64,000 nt of DNA from an uncultured Acinetobacter sp. (lineage in GTDB: Bacteria; Pseudomonadota; Gammaproteobacteria; Pseudomonadales; Moraxellaceae). Below, piece by piece: positions 23,506 through 33,628 of the stretch. The stretch is from NCBI GenBank assembly GCA_964553005.1, contig CAZKJI010000001.1, positions 2,200-66,199 on the forward strand, written 5' to 3'. The position numbers and the translations under genes were made by a program. The notes beneath the pieces are model-generated. The model was given only the letters and a program-made list of their open reading frames with translations, was not told the origin of the DNA and did not search any database. How positions within the stretch are numbered: position 1 is the first letter of the stretch; every line of letters starts with the position of its first letter.

Positions 23506-23760
23506 CTAACGCCATTTTACCGCCTGAATCGCTTCTTTTTTATTTTGCGGTTCATTCGCATCTGTCGAACAACCACAGCCTCCAGCACAACCCACCACCA
23601 TTTTAGGTTTTAACCACGTTGCCAAACGCTGCCAGCCTAAACGCTGGCACAGGTTGGATAAAGCCAGAAATGCTGCATTTGCTGTTTGAGGAAATACTTT
23701 CCTAAATACCACCACAGCACTCCACAGCACCAATACAGCAACAATCAAGTAGTCAAACAT
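23506..23760 (-). CDS. Small FeoB-associated Cys-containing membrane protein
   Basis: N-terminal TM, GCAGGCGC motif; third gene of feoAB. Confidence 0.7.
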   Translation of the reverse strand: MFDYLIVAVLVLWSAVVVFRKVFPQTANAAFLALSNLCQRLGWQRLATWLKPKMVVGCAGGCGCSTDANEPQNKKEAIQAVKWR

Positions 23761-23780
23761 AGCTCATACTCCCACTCTAC

Positions 23781-25634
23781 TTACCCCCAAATGCGTGATG
23801 CAATTTGGTAGGTAAAGAAAGACATTAAATAGGCCAATCCAAACAGATAAGCGGTCATCACCGCCACATGCTTCCATGAACCCGTTTCACGGCGTACCGT
23901 TGCCAATGTTGCCAAGCAATGCGGCGCATAGATAAACCACACCAGCAAAGACAAACCTGTGGCCAGCGACCAGCCTGTACCATCAGCACTAATCAAGTGT
24001 GCCAAGCCTTGTGCCACTGCATCATCATCTGCACCAGACAGGGCATAGACAGTACCCAGTGCAGCCACCACCACTTCACGGGCCGCCATCGCTGGAATCA
24101 GGGCGATACAGATTTGCCAGTTAAAGCCAATCGGGGCAAAGATTGGCTGGATCAGATGACCCAGCATCCCTGCAAAACTATAATCAATTGCAGGCTGTGT
24201 CGCACCATCTGGTGCTTGCGGGAAAGTACATAGGAACCACAGTAAAATTGAAAGAGCGAAAATAATTCCACCCACACGTTTTAAGAAAATTTTGGCGCGA
24301 TCTAATAATCCAATCCCAACGCTTTTTAAATCAGGAATACGATAACTTGGTAACTCAAGTAATAGCGCATGTTGTGATTTATCTTTTTGTAGAAATTTCA
24401 TCACAATCGAAACACACAAAGCACTGACAATACCCGACATATATAAGCCAAAGAGCACCAAGCCTTGCAGGTTAAAAATCCCCCATACCATTTGATTTGG
24501 AATAAATGCTGCAATCAATAAGGCATAGACGGGTAATCGTGCTGAACAAGTCATTAATGGTGCAACCATAATCGTGGTAAAACGATCACGCGGATCACTA
24601 ATACTACGTGTTGCCATAATTCCAGGCACAGCACAGGCAAAGCTTGAAAGCAATGGAATAAAGGCGCGCCCACTCAGGCCAGCCTTAAACATCAACTTAT
24701 CCAGCAGAAATGCTGCCCGTGGCAAGTAACCGGATTCTTCCAGCACCAGAATAAAGAAGAACAAGATCAGGATTTGTGGCAGGAATACGATGACACCGCC
24801 TGCCCCTGCAATGATGCCATCCACCACCAGACTATGCAGTAACGGTTGGGAAATATGATTTCCCAGCATCTCGCCCAACCATGCAAAGAATGTCTCAATT
24901 CCATCCATAAATGGTGCAGCCCAGGCAAAGACCGCCTGAAAGACAATAAACATCATCACAGTCAAACTAATCAAGCCCAGCACTGGATGCAGGAAAATCT
25001 TATCCAGAAAATCTGTACGCTTATCTTCCTGATTAACAAAATTCACCACATCCCTGACAATCGTTTCAATTTTCTGATGGTGATCACCTTTCAAACCACT
25101 GAGCTCTGTTTGTGGAACCGTGTATTTCTCCTGGTCAAGCGCATGTAATAGGTTTTCAATGCCTGTGTTACGGACTGCAACAGTCTCGACCACAGGTACG
25201 CCCAAACGTTCTGACAGTTTCTGGGTATTGATCTGGATGCCACGGCGACGTGCCTCATCCATCATGTTCAACACCACCAGTATTGGTCTGCCCAGCTCAA
25301 TAATTTCCAGCACCAAGCCCAAATGCAACTTTAAGTTGGTTGCATCCACCACGCATAAAAAGGCATCCTGCTGCCCCTCTTCCGCGATCTTACCCTGACA
25401 GACATCACGGGTGATTTCCTCATCTGGACTGGTGGCCTGTAAGCTATAGGTTCCTGGCAAATCCAGTACCCGTACACTTCGACCAGATGGCAACTGGAAA
25501 TGTCCGACCTTACGCTCAACCGTTACCCCTGCATAGTTGGCAACCTTTTGGCGGGTTCCTGTCAGGTGGTTGAATAACGAGGTTTTACCACAGTTTGGAT
25601 TCCCCACAAGGGCAACACGTAACGCATCACTCAT
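23781..25634 (-). CDS. feoB: Ferrous iron transporter FeoB
   Basis: GNPNCGKT, NYAGVTV, DLPG, NMMD G-domain; CSARLP in the membrane domain. Confidence 0.97.
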   Translation of the reverse strand: MSDALRVALVGNPNCGKTSLFNHLTGTRQKVANYAGVTVERKVGHFQLPSGRSVRVLDLPGTYSLQATSPDEEITRDVCQGKIAEEGQQDAFLCVVDATNLKLHLGLVLEIIELGRPILVVLNMMDEARRRGIQINTQKLSERLGVPVVETVAVRNTGIENLLHALDQEKYTVPQTELSGLKGDHHQKIETIVRDVVNFVNQEDKRTDFLDKIFLHPVLGLISLTVMMFIVFQAVFAWAAPFMDGIETFFAWLGEMLGNHISQPLLHSLVVDGIIAGAGGVIVFLPQILILFFFILVLEESGYLPRAAFLLDKLMFKAGLSGRAFIPLLSSFACAVPGIMATRSISDPRDRFTTIMVAPLMTCSARLPVYALLIAAFIPNQMVWGIFNLQGLVLFGLYMSGIVSALCVSIVMKFLQKDKSQHALLLELPSYRIPDLKSVGIGLLDRAKIFLKRVGGIIFALSILLWFLCTFPQAPDGATQPAIDYSFAGMLGHLIQPIFAPIGFNWQICIALIPAMAAREVVVAALGTVYALSGADDDAVAQGLAHLISADGTGWSLATGLSLLVWFIYAPHCLATLATVRRETGSWKHVAVMTAYLFGLAYLMSFFTYQIASRIWG

Positions 25635-25891
25635 GCAGGTGCTCCTTCAAGTTGAATTTCAATTTTCTCAGCCTCAGTTTTGCGTAATGCAAAACGGGTA
25701 AAGCCAATCTGGATTAGAATCGGATCGCCACCAAACACACCTTTGGTAATTACCTGCACCTGAGTTCCTGGCACAAAGCCCAAACTCTCTAAACGCACTG
25801 CTACAAGATCTGGCTGTCCAGTTTCATCGATCAGGCGATTCACCTTAGTGATTATCGCCGTTTGCTTGACTTTTAATGCTGACAATCGCAC
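25631..25891 (-). CDS. feoA: Ferrous iron transport protein FeoA
   Basis: RLESLGFVPG...GDPI...FALRKTEA; stop overlaps the feoB start. Confidence 0.93.
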   Translation of the reverse strand: MRLSALKVKQTAIITKVNRLIDETGQPDLVAVRLESLGFVPGTQVQVITKGVFGGDPILIQIGFTRFALRKTEAEKIEIQLEGAPA

Positions 25892-25929
25892 CGCTTCTAA
25901 CCCTTGACTCTTTTATTGTAAGTATACAG

Positions 25930-25948
25930 GCAAATGAGAATAATTACC
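25930..25948. promoter_or_regulatory. Fur box upstream of feoA
   Basis: GCAAATGAGAATAATTACC, 14/19 match to GATAATGATAATCATTATC. Confidence 0.75.
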
Positions 25949-26040
25949 AAAAACAATATCAATGGCATTTCCTTTTTTGACAGATCGACAACACAAAATT
26001 TTTCTTTTACAGTGCAGATGAATCAAGGACACTGGCTGTT

Positions 26041-26961
26041 ATGTTAAATAAAAAACCCCGTATTCCCACTGCAGTCACCATTCCAGAACACCTGAGTTTT
26101 CTACAGGGTTTTCGTGACTATCTGGTGGCACAAACCGTTAGCCCCCATACCCGTAATGCCTATCTCTCCGACCTGATTCAGTGCAGCGAATTACACACAT
26201 CGGTTTCGTTACCGCAATGGTCAAGTGATGACATTGCCGATGTGCTGATTGCGCTGACCAAGGCAGGTAAAAGTCCCCGTTCAATTGCGCGTTGCCTATC
26301 GGCCCTGAGACAGTTCTATAAGTTTTTAAGGGAACAGAAAATAAGGGATGACAACCCTGTTGCCACCCATCAATCCCCTAAAATTGGTCGGGCATTACCA
26401 AAGGATTTATCAGAACAGCATGTTGAGTCGCTGATCAATGCGCCTGACACTGACACCGCCCTAGGCCTACGTGACCGTGCCATGCTGGAAGTGCTGTATG
26501 CCTGCGGTTTACGTGTCTCTGAGTTGCTCAACTTACGCATGGAACTGGTCAATTTAAAGCAGGGCTTTCTACGCATCACAGGCAAGGGCAATAAGGAGCG
26601 TCTTGTACCACTTGGACAATATGCCTGTGACTGGATTGAAAAATATCTGCTTGAATCACGTCCTCAACTCTACAAGAGCAGTACCGATTATCTGTTTCTC
26701 ACCCAGCATGGTGGCATCATGAGCCGCCAGAATTTTTGGTACGCGATTAAACGCTATGCGCTACAGGCCAATATTCAGGCGGAGTTATCACCACATACCT
26801 TACGCCATGCCTTTGCCACCCATCTTCTCAATCACGGCGCGGATTTACGTGTGGTGCAAATGCTACTGGGGCATAGTGACCTCTCCACCACCCAGATTTA
26901 CACCCATGTTGCTCAACACCGTATGCAGGAACTGCATGGCAAATACCATCCACGGGGATAA
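26041..26961 (+). CDS. xerD: Site-specific tyrosine recombinase XerD
   Basis: LRDRAMLEVLYACGLRVSEL, GKGNKER, SPHTLRHAFATHLL, TTQIYTHV; xerD-dsbC synteny. Confidence 0.95.
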   Translation: MLNKKPRIPTAVTIPEHLSFLQGFRDYLVAQTVSPHTRNAYLSDLIQCSELHTSVSLPQWSSDDIADVLIALTKAGKSPRSIARCLSALRQFYKFLREQKIRDDNPVATHQSPKIGRALPKDLSEQHVESLINAPDTDTALGLRDRAMLEVLYACGLRVSELLNLRMELVNLKQGFLRITGKGNKERLVPLGQYACDWIEKYLLESRPQLYKSSTDYLFLTQHGGIMSRQNFWYAIKRYALQANIQAELSPHTLRHAFATHLLNHGADLRVVQMLLGHSDLSTTQIYTHVAQHRMQELHGKYHPRG

Positions 26962-27094
26962 AACCACCACTTGTCCAAGATTGGGATAAAACTTGATTTT
27001 ATTCACAATGCATCAGCAAGATTTAACGAAGTCATGGCATTTTTTTGTTATGCTAATCCCCTGAATATATGAATATGAACAAAAAAGGTTCCTT

Positions 27095-27910
27095 ATGTTG
27101 TTTACCCGTTCCAAGCTTGTACTTGCATGTACATTAGCATCGACATTATTGGTAAGTGCCTGCTCAAAAGAAAACTCAGCACAAAAACAAGATGCCCTGA
27201 CAGCGAGTGCGCCTGCAACTGGTGAAGCATCAACCTTAAATGAACGCAATGCCCAACAGCGTCTGGTTTCAACGCTGGAAAAGCATTTTAAAACCGCCAA
27301 TATCAATGCCAAAATTTTGGCGGTGAAAAAAACCGAAGTGCCCAACCTGTACTGGGTGAGTCTGGAAGGAATGGGTTCAGTTTATGCCACGACTGATGGA
27401 CAGTATATTATTCAGGGTGATGTGATTCGTTTAGGCGACAAACAACTGCACAATGTCAGTGAGGCATTGCAGGCCACTGAGAATAAAAAACACTTGGCCG
27501 CCCTTAAAACAGAAGACCTGATTGTTTATCCAGCGCAGGGCGGTAAAGCCAAACATGTGATCTATGTGTTTACCGACTCAAGCTGCCCATACTGCCACAA
27601 ACTGCATGAACATCTTGCCGAAATTAATGCGAAAGGCATTGAAGTACGTTACATCGCATGGCCTCGTGGCGAACAGTTTATGCCAACTATGACCGCGATC
27701 TGGTGTAGTGAAGACCGTAAGGCCGCCTTTGATCAAGCCGTTCAGGGTTTACCTGTCCTCGCTGGAGAATGTAAAAACCCAGTACGTGACCAATATCAAC
27801 TAGGCCTCAACATGGGCGTAAATGGCACCCCAGCAATTTACAATGTTGAGGGTGAATATCTGGGTGGCTATATGACTCCAGAGGAAATCGTAAAACGACT
27901 CGAAAAATAA
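27095..27910 (+). CDS. dsbC: Thiol:disulfide isomerase DsbC (lipoprotein)
   Basis: Lipobox VSAC, FTDSSCPYCHKLH, GVNGTP. Confidence 0.9.
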   Translation: MLFTRSKLVLACTLASTLLVSACSKENSAQKQDALTASAPATGEASTLNERNAQQRLVSTLEKHFKTANINAKILAVKKTEVPNLYWVSLEGMGSVYATTDGQYIIQGDVIRLGDKQLHNVSEALQATENKKHLAALKTEDLIVYPAQGGKAKHVIYVFTDSSCPYCHKLHEHLAEINAKGIEVRYIAWPRGEQFMPTMTAIWCSEDRKAAFDQAVQGLPVLAGECKNPVRDQYQLGLNMGVNGTPAIYNVEGEYLGGYMTPEEIVKRLEK

Positions 27911-28040
27911 ATCATTTCTCCTCTATGTCGATTAGAACGACCTGAGCGACAGATTAAAAATGATCTTAGCCCTAGTGTCTACGCAGTTTTTTAGCTATGA
28001 TCAAGCTTCATTAAAATGATTGAATAAAATGGAGTGTGAC

Positions 28041-29342
28041 GTGAAACCAGTTCGTCTGGCGATACTCGGTCTTGGTACTGTTGGTGGTGGAGCCCTTAAA
28101 TTATTACAAGAAAATGCTGCTGAAATTAAACGCCGTACTGGTCGAGAAATTCAAATTACCCATGTAGGTACACGCCGTCCACGTCCAGACTTAAATCTTG
28201 ATGGTATTCAACAAAGTGATGACCTGATGCACATCGTACGTCAGCCTGATGTCGATGTCGTGGTTGAAGTCATGGGTGGCATTCATCCTGCCTATGAAGT
28301 TATCATGGAAGCCATTAAACATGGCAAACAGGTTGTTACCGCAAACAAGGCCCTGCTTGCTGAACATGGCAATGAACTGTTCAAGGCGGCAGAAGACAAT
28401 GCCGTACAAATCGCCTATGAGGCAGCAGTTGCTGGCGGTATTCCAATTATCAAGGTGATCCGTGAAGGTCTTGCAGCAAACCATATTGAATGGCTGGCAG
28501 GCATCATCAATGGTACAGGCAACTTTATCCTGACTGAAATGCGTGAAAAAGGCCGTGCCTTTGAAGATGTGTTGAAGGAAGCGCAGGAACTCGGTTATGC
28601 CGAAGCTGACCCAACCTTTGATGTTGAAGGTATTGATGCGGCCCATAAACTCACCATTTTGGCTTCTTGTGCCTTTGGTATTCCGCTACAGTTTGACAAG
28701 GTCTACACTGAAGGCATCAGCAAGATTACCGCGCAAGATGTGAAATATGCAGAAGATCTTGGTTTCCGCATCAAGCATCTCGGTATTGCTCGCCGTGCAG
28801 CCAATGGAATTGAGTTACGCGTCCATCCAACATTGATCCCAGCCGAAGAACTGATTGCCAATGTCAATGGTGTGAAGAATGCCGTTCTTGTGCAGGCTCA
28901 TGCAGTCGGCCCAACCTTATATTATGGTGCAGGTGCAGGTGCAGGTCCAACCGCTTCTGCTGTGGTTGCGGACGTGATTGATATTGTGCGTGATATTTCC
29001 TATACCGAAGATGGTGCAGGCACCATTCCACAATTAGCATTTGAAGCACTCACCAATGTGCCAATCCTCAGCCGTGAGGAAATGACCACTGGATACTACA
29101 TCCGCCTAAATGCGGAAGACCAGACGGGTGTATTGGCTGATGTCACCACCATTCTCAGCCGTGCGGGGATCAGTATTGATGCCATCATGCAGCAATCACG
29201 CTTAAAGGATTTAATTCCGATTGTGATTTTGACTGATCCAGTGCTTGAGTCCAAGATGGATGAAGCGCTTGCACAAATTCAGGCACTACCTACAATTCAT
29301 GGCGAAATCATCAGAATTCGTTTAGAATCGCTCGATAGTTAA
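28041..29342 (+). CDS. hom: Homoserine dehydrogenase
   Basis: GLGTVGGG, VVTANK, EAAVAGGIP, GYAEADP, C-terminal ACT domain; GTG start. Confidence 0.97.
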   Translation: MKPVRLAILGLGTVGGGALKLLQENAAEIKRRTGREIQITHVGTRRPRPDLNLDGIQQSDDLMHIVRQPDVDVVVEVMGGIHPAYEVIMEAIKHGKQVVTANKALLAEHGNELFKAAEDNAVQIAYEAAVAGGIPIIKVIREGLAANHIEWLAGIINGTGNFILTEMREKGRAFEDVLKEAQELGYAEADPTFDVEGIDAAHKLTILASCAFGIPLQFDKVYTEGISKITAQDVKYAEDLGFRIKHLGIARRAANGIELRVHPTLIPAEELIANVNGVKNAVLVQAHAVGPTLYYGAGAGAGPTASAVVADVIDIVRDISYTEDGAGTIPQLAFEALTNVPILSREEMTTGYYIRLNAEDQTGVLADVTTILSRAGISIDAIMQQSRLKDLIPIVILTDPVLESKMDEALAQIQALPTIHGEIIRIRLESLDS

Positions 29343-29400
29343 TCAGGTTGAGGGAAAATGCATTCCCTCTCCCCGCTCTACCTCATATTGGAACACCATC

Positions 29401-30540
29401 ATGTCGAATGCCAATCGTTATACTGGTCTTGTAGACCGTTATCGTGACCGTTTACCTGTGTCTGCAACTACACGTGCAATCTCTTTGGGTGAAGGTAATA
29501 CTCCACTCATTAAACTAGAGAACATTCCACGTATTATTGGCAAAAATGTCGAAATCTATGTGAAATACGAAGGTCTGAACCCAACAGGTTCGTTTAAGGA
29601 CCGTGGTATGACGATGGCGGTGACCAAAGCAGTTGAAGAAGGTTCCAAAGCGATTATCTGTGCATCTACAGGCAACACCTCTGCTGCTGCAGCAGCGTAT
29701 GCGGCTCGTGCAGGCATTAAGGCATTCGTTTTGATTCCTGAAGGCAAAATTGCCATGGGTAAAATGGCGCAGGCGATGATGTACGGCGCGATCACCATGC
29801 AAATTCGTGGTAACTTCGATGATGGTATGCGCCTCGTAAAAGAAGTGGCTGATCAGGCACCTGTCACCATTGTAAATTCAATCAACCCGTATCGTTTGCA
29901 AGGCCAAAAAACCATTGCCTATGAAATTGTAGAAGCATTGGGTCGTGCGCCTGACTATCACTGCCTGCCAGTGGGTAATGCAGGAAACATCACGGCTCAC
30001 TGGATGGGTTATACCGAAGCAGTTGCAAACCAGCCTGCTGACCAGTTTGAACAAGTGATTTATGATGCTGCAACAGATCAATTCACAGGCCCTAAACCAG
30101 AAGGTTTACCGACTATGGTCGGTTATCAAGCTTCTGGCGCAGCGCCATTCTTACGTGGCGCGCCTGTAGAGAATCCAGAAACTGTTGCAACAGCGATTCG
30201 TATTGGTAACCCACAAAGCTGGAATCATGCCAAAGCAGTTGTACGCGATTCAAAAGGTTGGTTTGATGAACTTCAAGATAGCGAAATTCTTGAAGCACAA
30301 CGTTTACTTTCTATGTATGAGGGCGTGTTCGTAGAACCTGCTTCAGCAGCATCTATTGGCGGTGCGATTCGTGACATTAAAGCAGGTAAAATTGCTGAAG
30401 GTTCTGTAATCGTTTGTACTGTTACGGGCAATGGTTTAAAAGATCCTGATACTGCAATCAAGCAATGTGCTGATGCCGTAATGTTGTCAATTGATGCAAC
30501 AATGGCTCAAGTGAAAGATTCAATTCTTTCAAATATGTAA
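29401..30540 (+). CDS. thrC: Threonine synthase
   Basis: NPTGSFKDRG PLP lysine, CASTGNTS, PVGNAGN. Confidence 0.97.
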   Translation: MSNANRYTGLVDRYRDRLPVSATTRAISLGEGNTPLIKLENIPRIIGKNVEIYVKYEGLNPTGSFKDRGMTMAVTKAVEEGSKAIICASTGNTSAAAAAYAARAGIKAFVLIPEGKIAMGKMAQAMMYGAITMQIRGNFDDGMRLVKEVADQAPVTIVNSINPYRLQGQKTIAYEIVEALGRAPDYHCLPVGNAGNITAHWMGYTEAVANQPADQFEQVIYDAATDQFTGPKPEGLPTMVGYQASGAAPFLRGAPVENPETVATAIRIGNPQSWNHAKAVVRDSKGWFDELQDSEILEAQRLLSMYEGVFVEPASAASIGGAIRDIKAGKIAEGSVIVCTVTGNGLKDPDTAIKQCADAVMLSIDATMAQVKDSILSNM

Positions 30541-30555
30541 GCTATATCATTGATA

Positions 30556-30591
30556 GATCAAAAAAACCTGCTATGGCAGGTTTTTTTGATC
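30556..30591. terminator. Bidirectional terminator
   Basis: Perfect 16-bp inverted repeat GATCAAAAAAACCTGC-tatg-GCAGGTTTTTTTGATC. Confidence 0.9.
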
Positions 30592-31500
30592 TTGAGGCGT
30601 TAAGAGTCTTTTTTTCATTTCCTCAAACAGTTCAACCTGCTGTTCATCACTTAAGTCCAATTCTTCTGCAAATTCCTGAATTAGTTCTTCAACAATGGAT
30701 TCGGCATCAAAGTCTTCATCCTCTTCTTCTCCCCAGCCATCTTCATCATAGCTATACTGCTTGGCCAACTCTTTTTCAATCGTTTGAATTTCCTCTAAAC
30801 CAATTTCTTTGATTTCAAAAATTGGCTGCTTTAACAAAGGATTTATTGCATATAAGGCATCCTCTTGCCATGCGCCAATGGTCAAGGTTTGCGTATTTTC
30901 GTCATAACTCAAACCTGACTCAGTAGCAAGTAATGCTTTAAGTAACAAGGGTTGTTCAGAAAGTTGTTCTAATGTACCTTTTAATTGAATTGCATCATAA
31001 TCATAATCTGCAAAGACATATTCAATCTTATTTTTTAGCTCATCTGTATTTTCAGAATAAACCAAACTTGCAAAGCATTCATCATGCTCTTCCACCCACT
31101 GCTGTTTTTTAACCGACCACAAGCCATAAAATTTTACTTCATACTCAAATTGTACCAGTTGAAATTTCTGCATATCGGCAAGTTGAATAAACTCAAAAGT
31201 ATCCTCATCACTCAAGCTTTCAGGCAAGACATCATCCGAAATATCCCCTCCATCCGCAATATGTTCACCACAACGAGCAAAAACAAACTCATCTAGTTTC
31301 TGTAATTCTTCTTCAGTGGCATTAAATAAGGATTCTACCTCATACAATGCGAAATCACGCGCCCCTTTAATTTCTAATTGCTTATAAGCTGCTTCCGCTT
31401 GTTGTTTATCTTCAAAGACATTGGCAATACGATTGCCTGCAACATAAAATACTTCATCGTTATAGCCAAAATACTTCTCACGAATGACATAAGTGGTCAT
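30571..31500 (-). CDS. Hypothetical strongly acidic protein
   Basis: 309-codon ORF, GGGGAAG SD, Asp/Glu-rich; no family recognised. Confidence 0.8.
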   Translation of the reverse strand: MTTYVIREKYFGYNDEVFYVAGNRIANVFEDKQQAEAAYKQLEIKGARDFALYEVESLFNATEEELQKLDEFVFARCGEHIADGGDISDDVLPESLSDEDTFEFIQLADMQKFQLVQFEYEVKFYGLWSVKKQQWVEEHDECFASLVYSENTDELKNKIEYVFADYDYDAIQLKGTLEQLSEQPLLLKALLATESGLSYDENTQTLTIGAWQEDALYAINPLLKQPIFEIKEIGLEEIQTIEKELAKQYSYDEDGWGEEEDEDFDAESIVEELIQEFAEELDLSDEQQVELFEEMKKRLLTPQDQKNLP

Positions 31501-31630
31501 GTTCTTCCCCTTTTGAGTTCTATTATCAATGGTTTATTTGAATAATTCCGTGATGTAGATTAACAAATTTTACTTAAAATACAATCTATCGCGTTCTGCT
31601 TTAGGACAGAATATGTCGTTGTGTTTAGAT

Positions 31631-31658
31631 AAAAAAAACTCTTCATCAAGGAAGAGTT
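31631..31658 (-). terminator. Terminator of pbpG
   Basis: AACTCTTC-N6-GAAGAGTT with a T run on the minus strand. Confidence 0.7.
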
Positions 31659-31685
31659 CTGATTAAAAAAATAATCTAAGTCAGG

Positions 31686-32765
31686 TTAAATCCGTTTTGG
31701 CAGTGATGCAACCCAATTCAATAGATTGGTGGCATCATTGGTACGCGCCTGAGAGCTGGATGCACCAAGTAGCACCACCACTGCTGGACGGGAATTTACT
31801 GTGGTATGCATCACCACACAACGTCCTGCCTCATTGATATAACCCGTTTTTGACAGATTAATGTTCCAGCCGCCATTACGTACAAGGGCATTGGTATTGT
31901 TTGATTTCAGCACACGGTAGCCGAGATTAAAGTCATAGGTTGGCGTGGTGGAAAACTGGCGGATCAGGCCATATTGTGAAGCCGCACTGACCAGAATACC
32001 TAAATCTCGTGCGGAGGAGACATTATGAGGGTCCAGACCCGTTGATTCAGCATAACGGGTCGAGGTCATGCCCAATTGCCTTGCCTTGGCATTCATGGCT
32101 GCAATAAAGGCAGGGCGACCCCCTGGATAAGTACGGGCCAAAGCGGCTGCCGCAGGATTTTCAGACTTCATCAAGGCAAACAACAGTGCTTCTGCACGAT
32201 TCATTGTGTCGCCAACACGCAGGGTTGAACTGGAGTTCTTGCCACCCGCACCTGCAAAATCAATGGATTGCAGTGTAATTTCTTCAGACATATTTAAACG
32301 CGCGTCAGCAGTCACCACAGCTGTCATCACTTTGGTGATTGAAGCGATTGGCACAGACATATTGCTGTTTTTACTGTACAGCACTTCACCTGTTTGTGCA
32401 TCCATGACCAGCGCAGCGCGGGCATTGACCGAAGGCTGGCTACTATAATTGCTGCTGTTGCTAAAAGTGTCGCGAATTTGTACAGTATTTTTAGGGCTAC
32501 TCGACGATGTAATGGTTGCAGAACCACCACTGCGTAAAGTTGTGGTCACAGAGGTCGAGCCTTGCGGACTGATCTCTAATGAATCATCATCTTCCATCAA
32601 TTGGCTTGCATCACTTGCGGACCAATTTAACGAAGCTGAAGAACTATTCGCACTTGTAGAGGCTGGATTGTTATTTACAACCAGCTCAGCATAACTTGTT
32701 GAACTAAGCGCCAACAAAATAGACATGCCCAACACATGTATGACAGATTTTTTAGATTTTTTCAC
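31686..32765 (-). CDS. pbpG: D-alanyl-D-alanine endopeptidase PBP7/8
   Basis: Signal peptide, Ser-rich linker, SITK (SxxK), SEN (SxN), KTG motifs. Confidence 0.92.
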   Translation of the reverse strand: MKKSKKSVIHVLGMSILLALSSTSYAELVVNNNPASTSANSSSASLNWSASDASQLMEDDDSLEISPQGSTSVTTTLRSGGSATITSSSSPKNTVQIRDTFSNSSNYSSQPSVNARAALVMDAQTGEVLYSKNSNMSVPIASITKVMTAVVTADARLNMSEEITLQSIDFAGAGGKNSSSTLRVGDTMNRAEALLFALMKSENPAAAALARTYPGGRPAFIAAMNAKARQLGMTSTRYAESTGLDPHNVSSARDLGILVSAASQYGLIRQFSTTPTYDFNLGYRVLKSNNTNALVRNGGWNINLSKTGYINEAGRCVVMHTTVNSRPAVVVLLGASSSQARTNDATNLLNWVASLPKRI

Positions 32766-32976
32766 GACACAATACTCAACTCAGGACGCTGCACATTTGC
32801 GCTTACTATCATTATGCCTTACATTTGAACAAATCGGGTAAAGCTTTTATAGACACAATTGTGTACAACTATTCGCTAGAAACGGAGAATAGGATTGCTA
32901 ATTTTGTCGTTTCAATGCAAGCTAATTTTGCTTTATGTAACAAAAAACCAGTTTTTCTGAAAAAAAGGAGGTCTTC

Positions 32977-33612
32977 TTGATCACTGTTCTTGTTGTTGAT
33001 GATCATGAACTCGTACGTACAGGCATTTGTCGTATGTTGGAAGACTACCCAGATGTAGAAGTCATTGGACAAGCTGAATCTGGAGAAGAAGCGATTGCAC
33101 TGGTACGGCAGAAACATCCTCAGGTGGTGCTGCTGGATGTAAACATGCCTGGCATTGGTGGAGTTGAAACCACACGCCGCCTGTTGCAAACCGCACCTGA
33201 GACTAAAGTGATTGCTGTCAGTGGTTTAGCGGAAGAACCTTATCCATCGTTGTTATTAAAAGCAGGTGCAAAAGGCTATATCACAAAAGGCGCGCCTATT
33301 TCAGAAATGGTACGTGCAATCAATAAAGTGATGCAAGGTGGTAAATATTTCAGTGCCGATATTGCCGAACAACTCGCCAGCTCCTATCTTTCAGATACCC
33401 AGCAATCTCCGTTTGATGCTCTTTCTGAGCGTGAAATGCAAGTCGCAATGATGGTGGTTAATTGTATTAGTGCTCAAGAAATCGCCGACAAATTATTTGT
33501 TAGTGTTAAAACCGTAAATACCTATCGTTATCGTATTTTTGAAAAACTGGGAATTGATAGCGATGTCAAGCTTACCCATCTTGCGATTCGATATGGACTC
33601 ATTAAACCTTAA
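32977..33612 (+). CDS. gacA: UvrY/GacA family response regulator
   Basis: VDDHELVRTG, NMPGIGG, LuxR HTH SVKTVNTYRYRIFEKL; TTG start with AGGAGG SD. Confidence 0.93.
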   Translation: MITVLVVDDHELVRTGICRMLEDYPDVEVIGQAESGEEAIALVRQKHPQVVLLDVNMPGIGGVETTRRLLQTAPETKVIAVSGLAEEPYPSLLLKAGAKGYITKGAPISEMVRAINKVMQGGKYFSADIAEQLASSYLSDTQQSPFDALSEREMQVAMMVVNCISAQEIADKLFVSVKTVNTYRYRIFEKLGIDSDVKLTHLAIRYGLIKP

Positions 33613-33628
33613 TCTTTAGTCATCGCCT

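Noticed and set aside
26041-26961. Tyrosine recombinase as a prophage or island integrase
   Set aside because: Sequence and xerD-dsbC-hom-thrC synteny identify housekeeping XerD; no att repeats, tRNA or cargo genes are adjacent
27911-28040. Thr/Ile leader peptide upstream of hom-thrC
   Set aside because: No short ORF enriched in Thr/Ile codons and no terminator/antiterminator pair was seen
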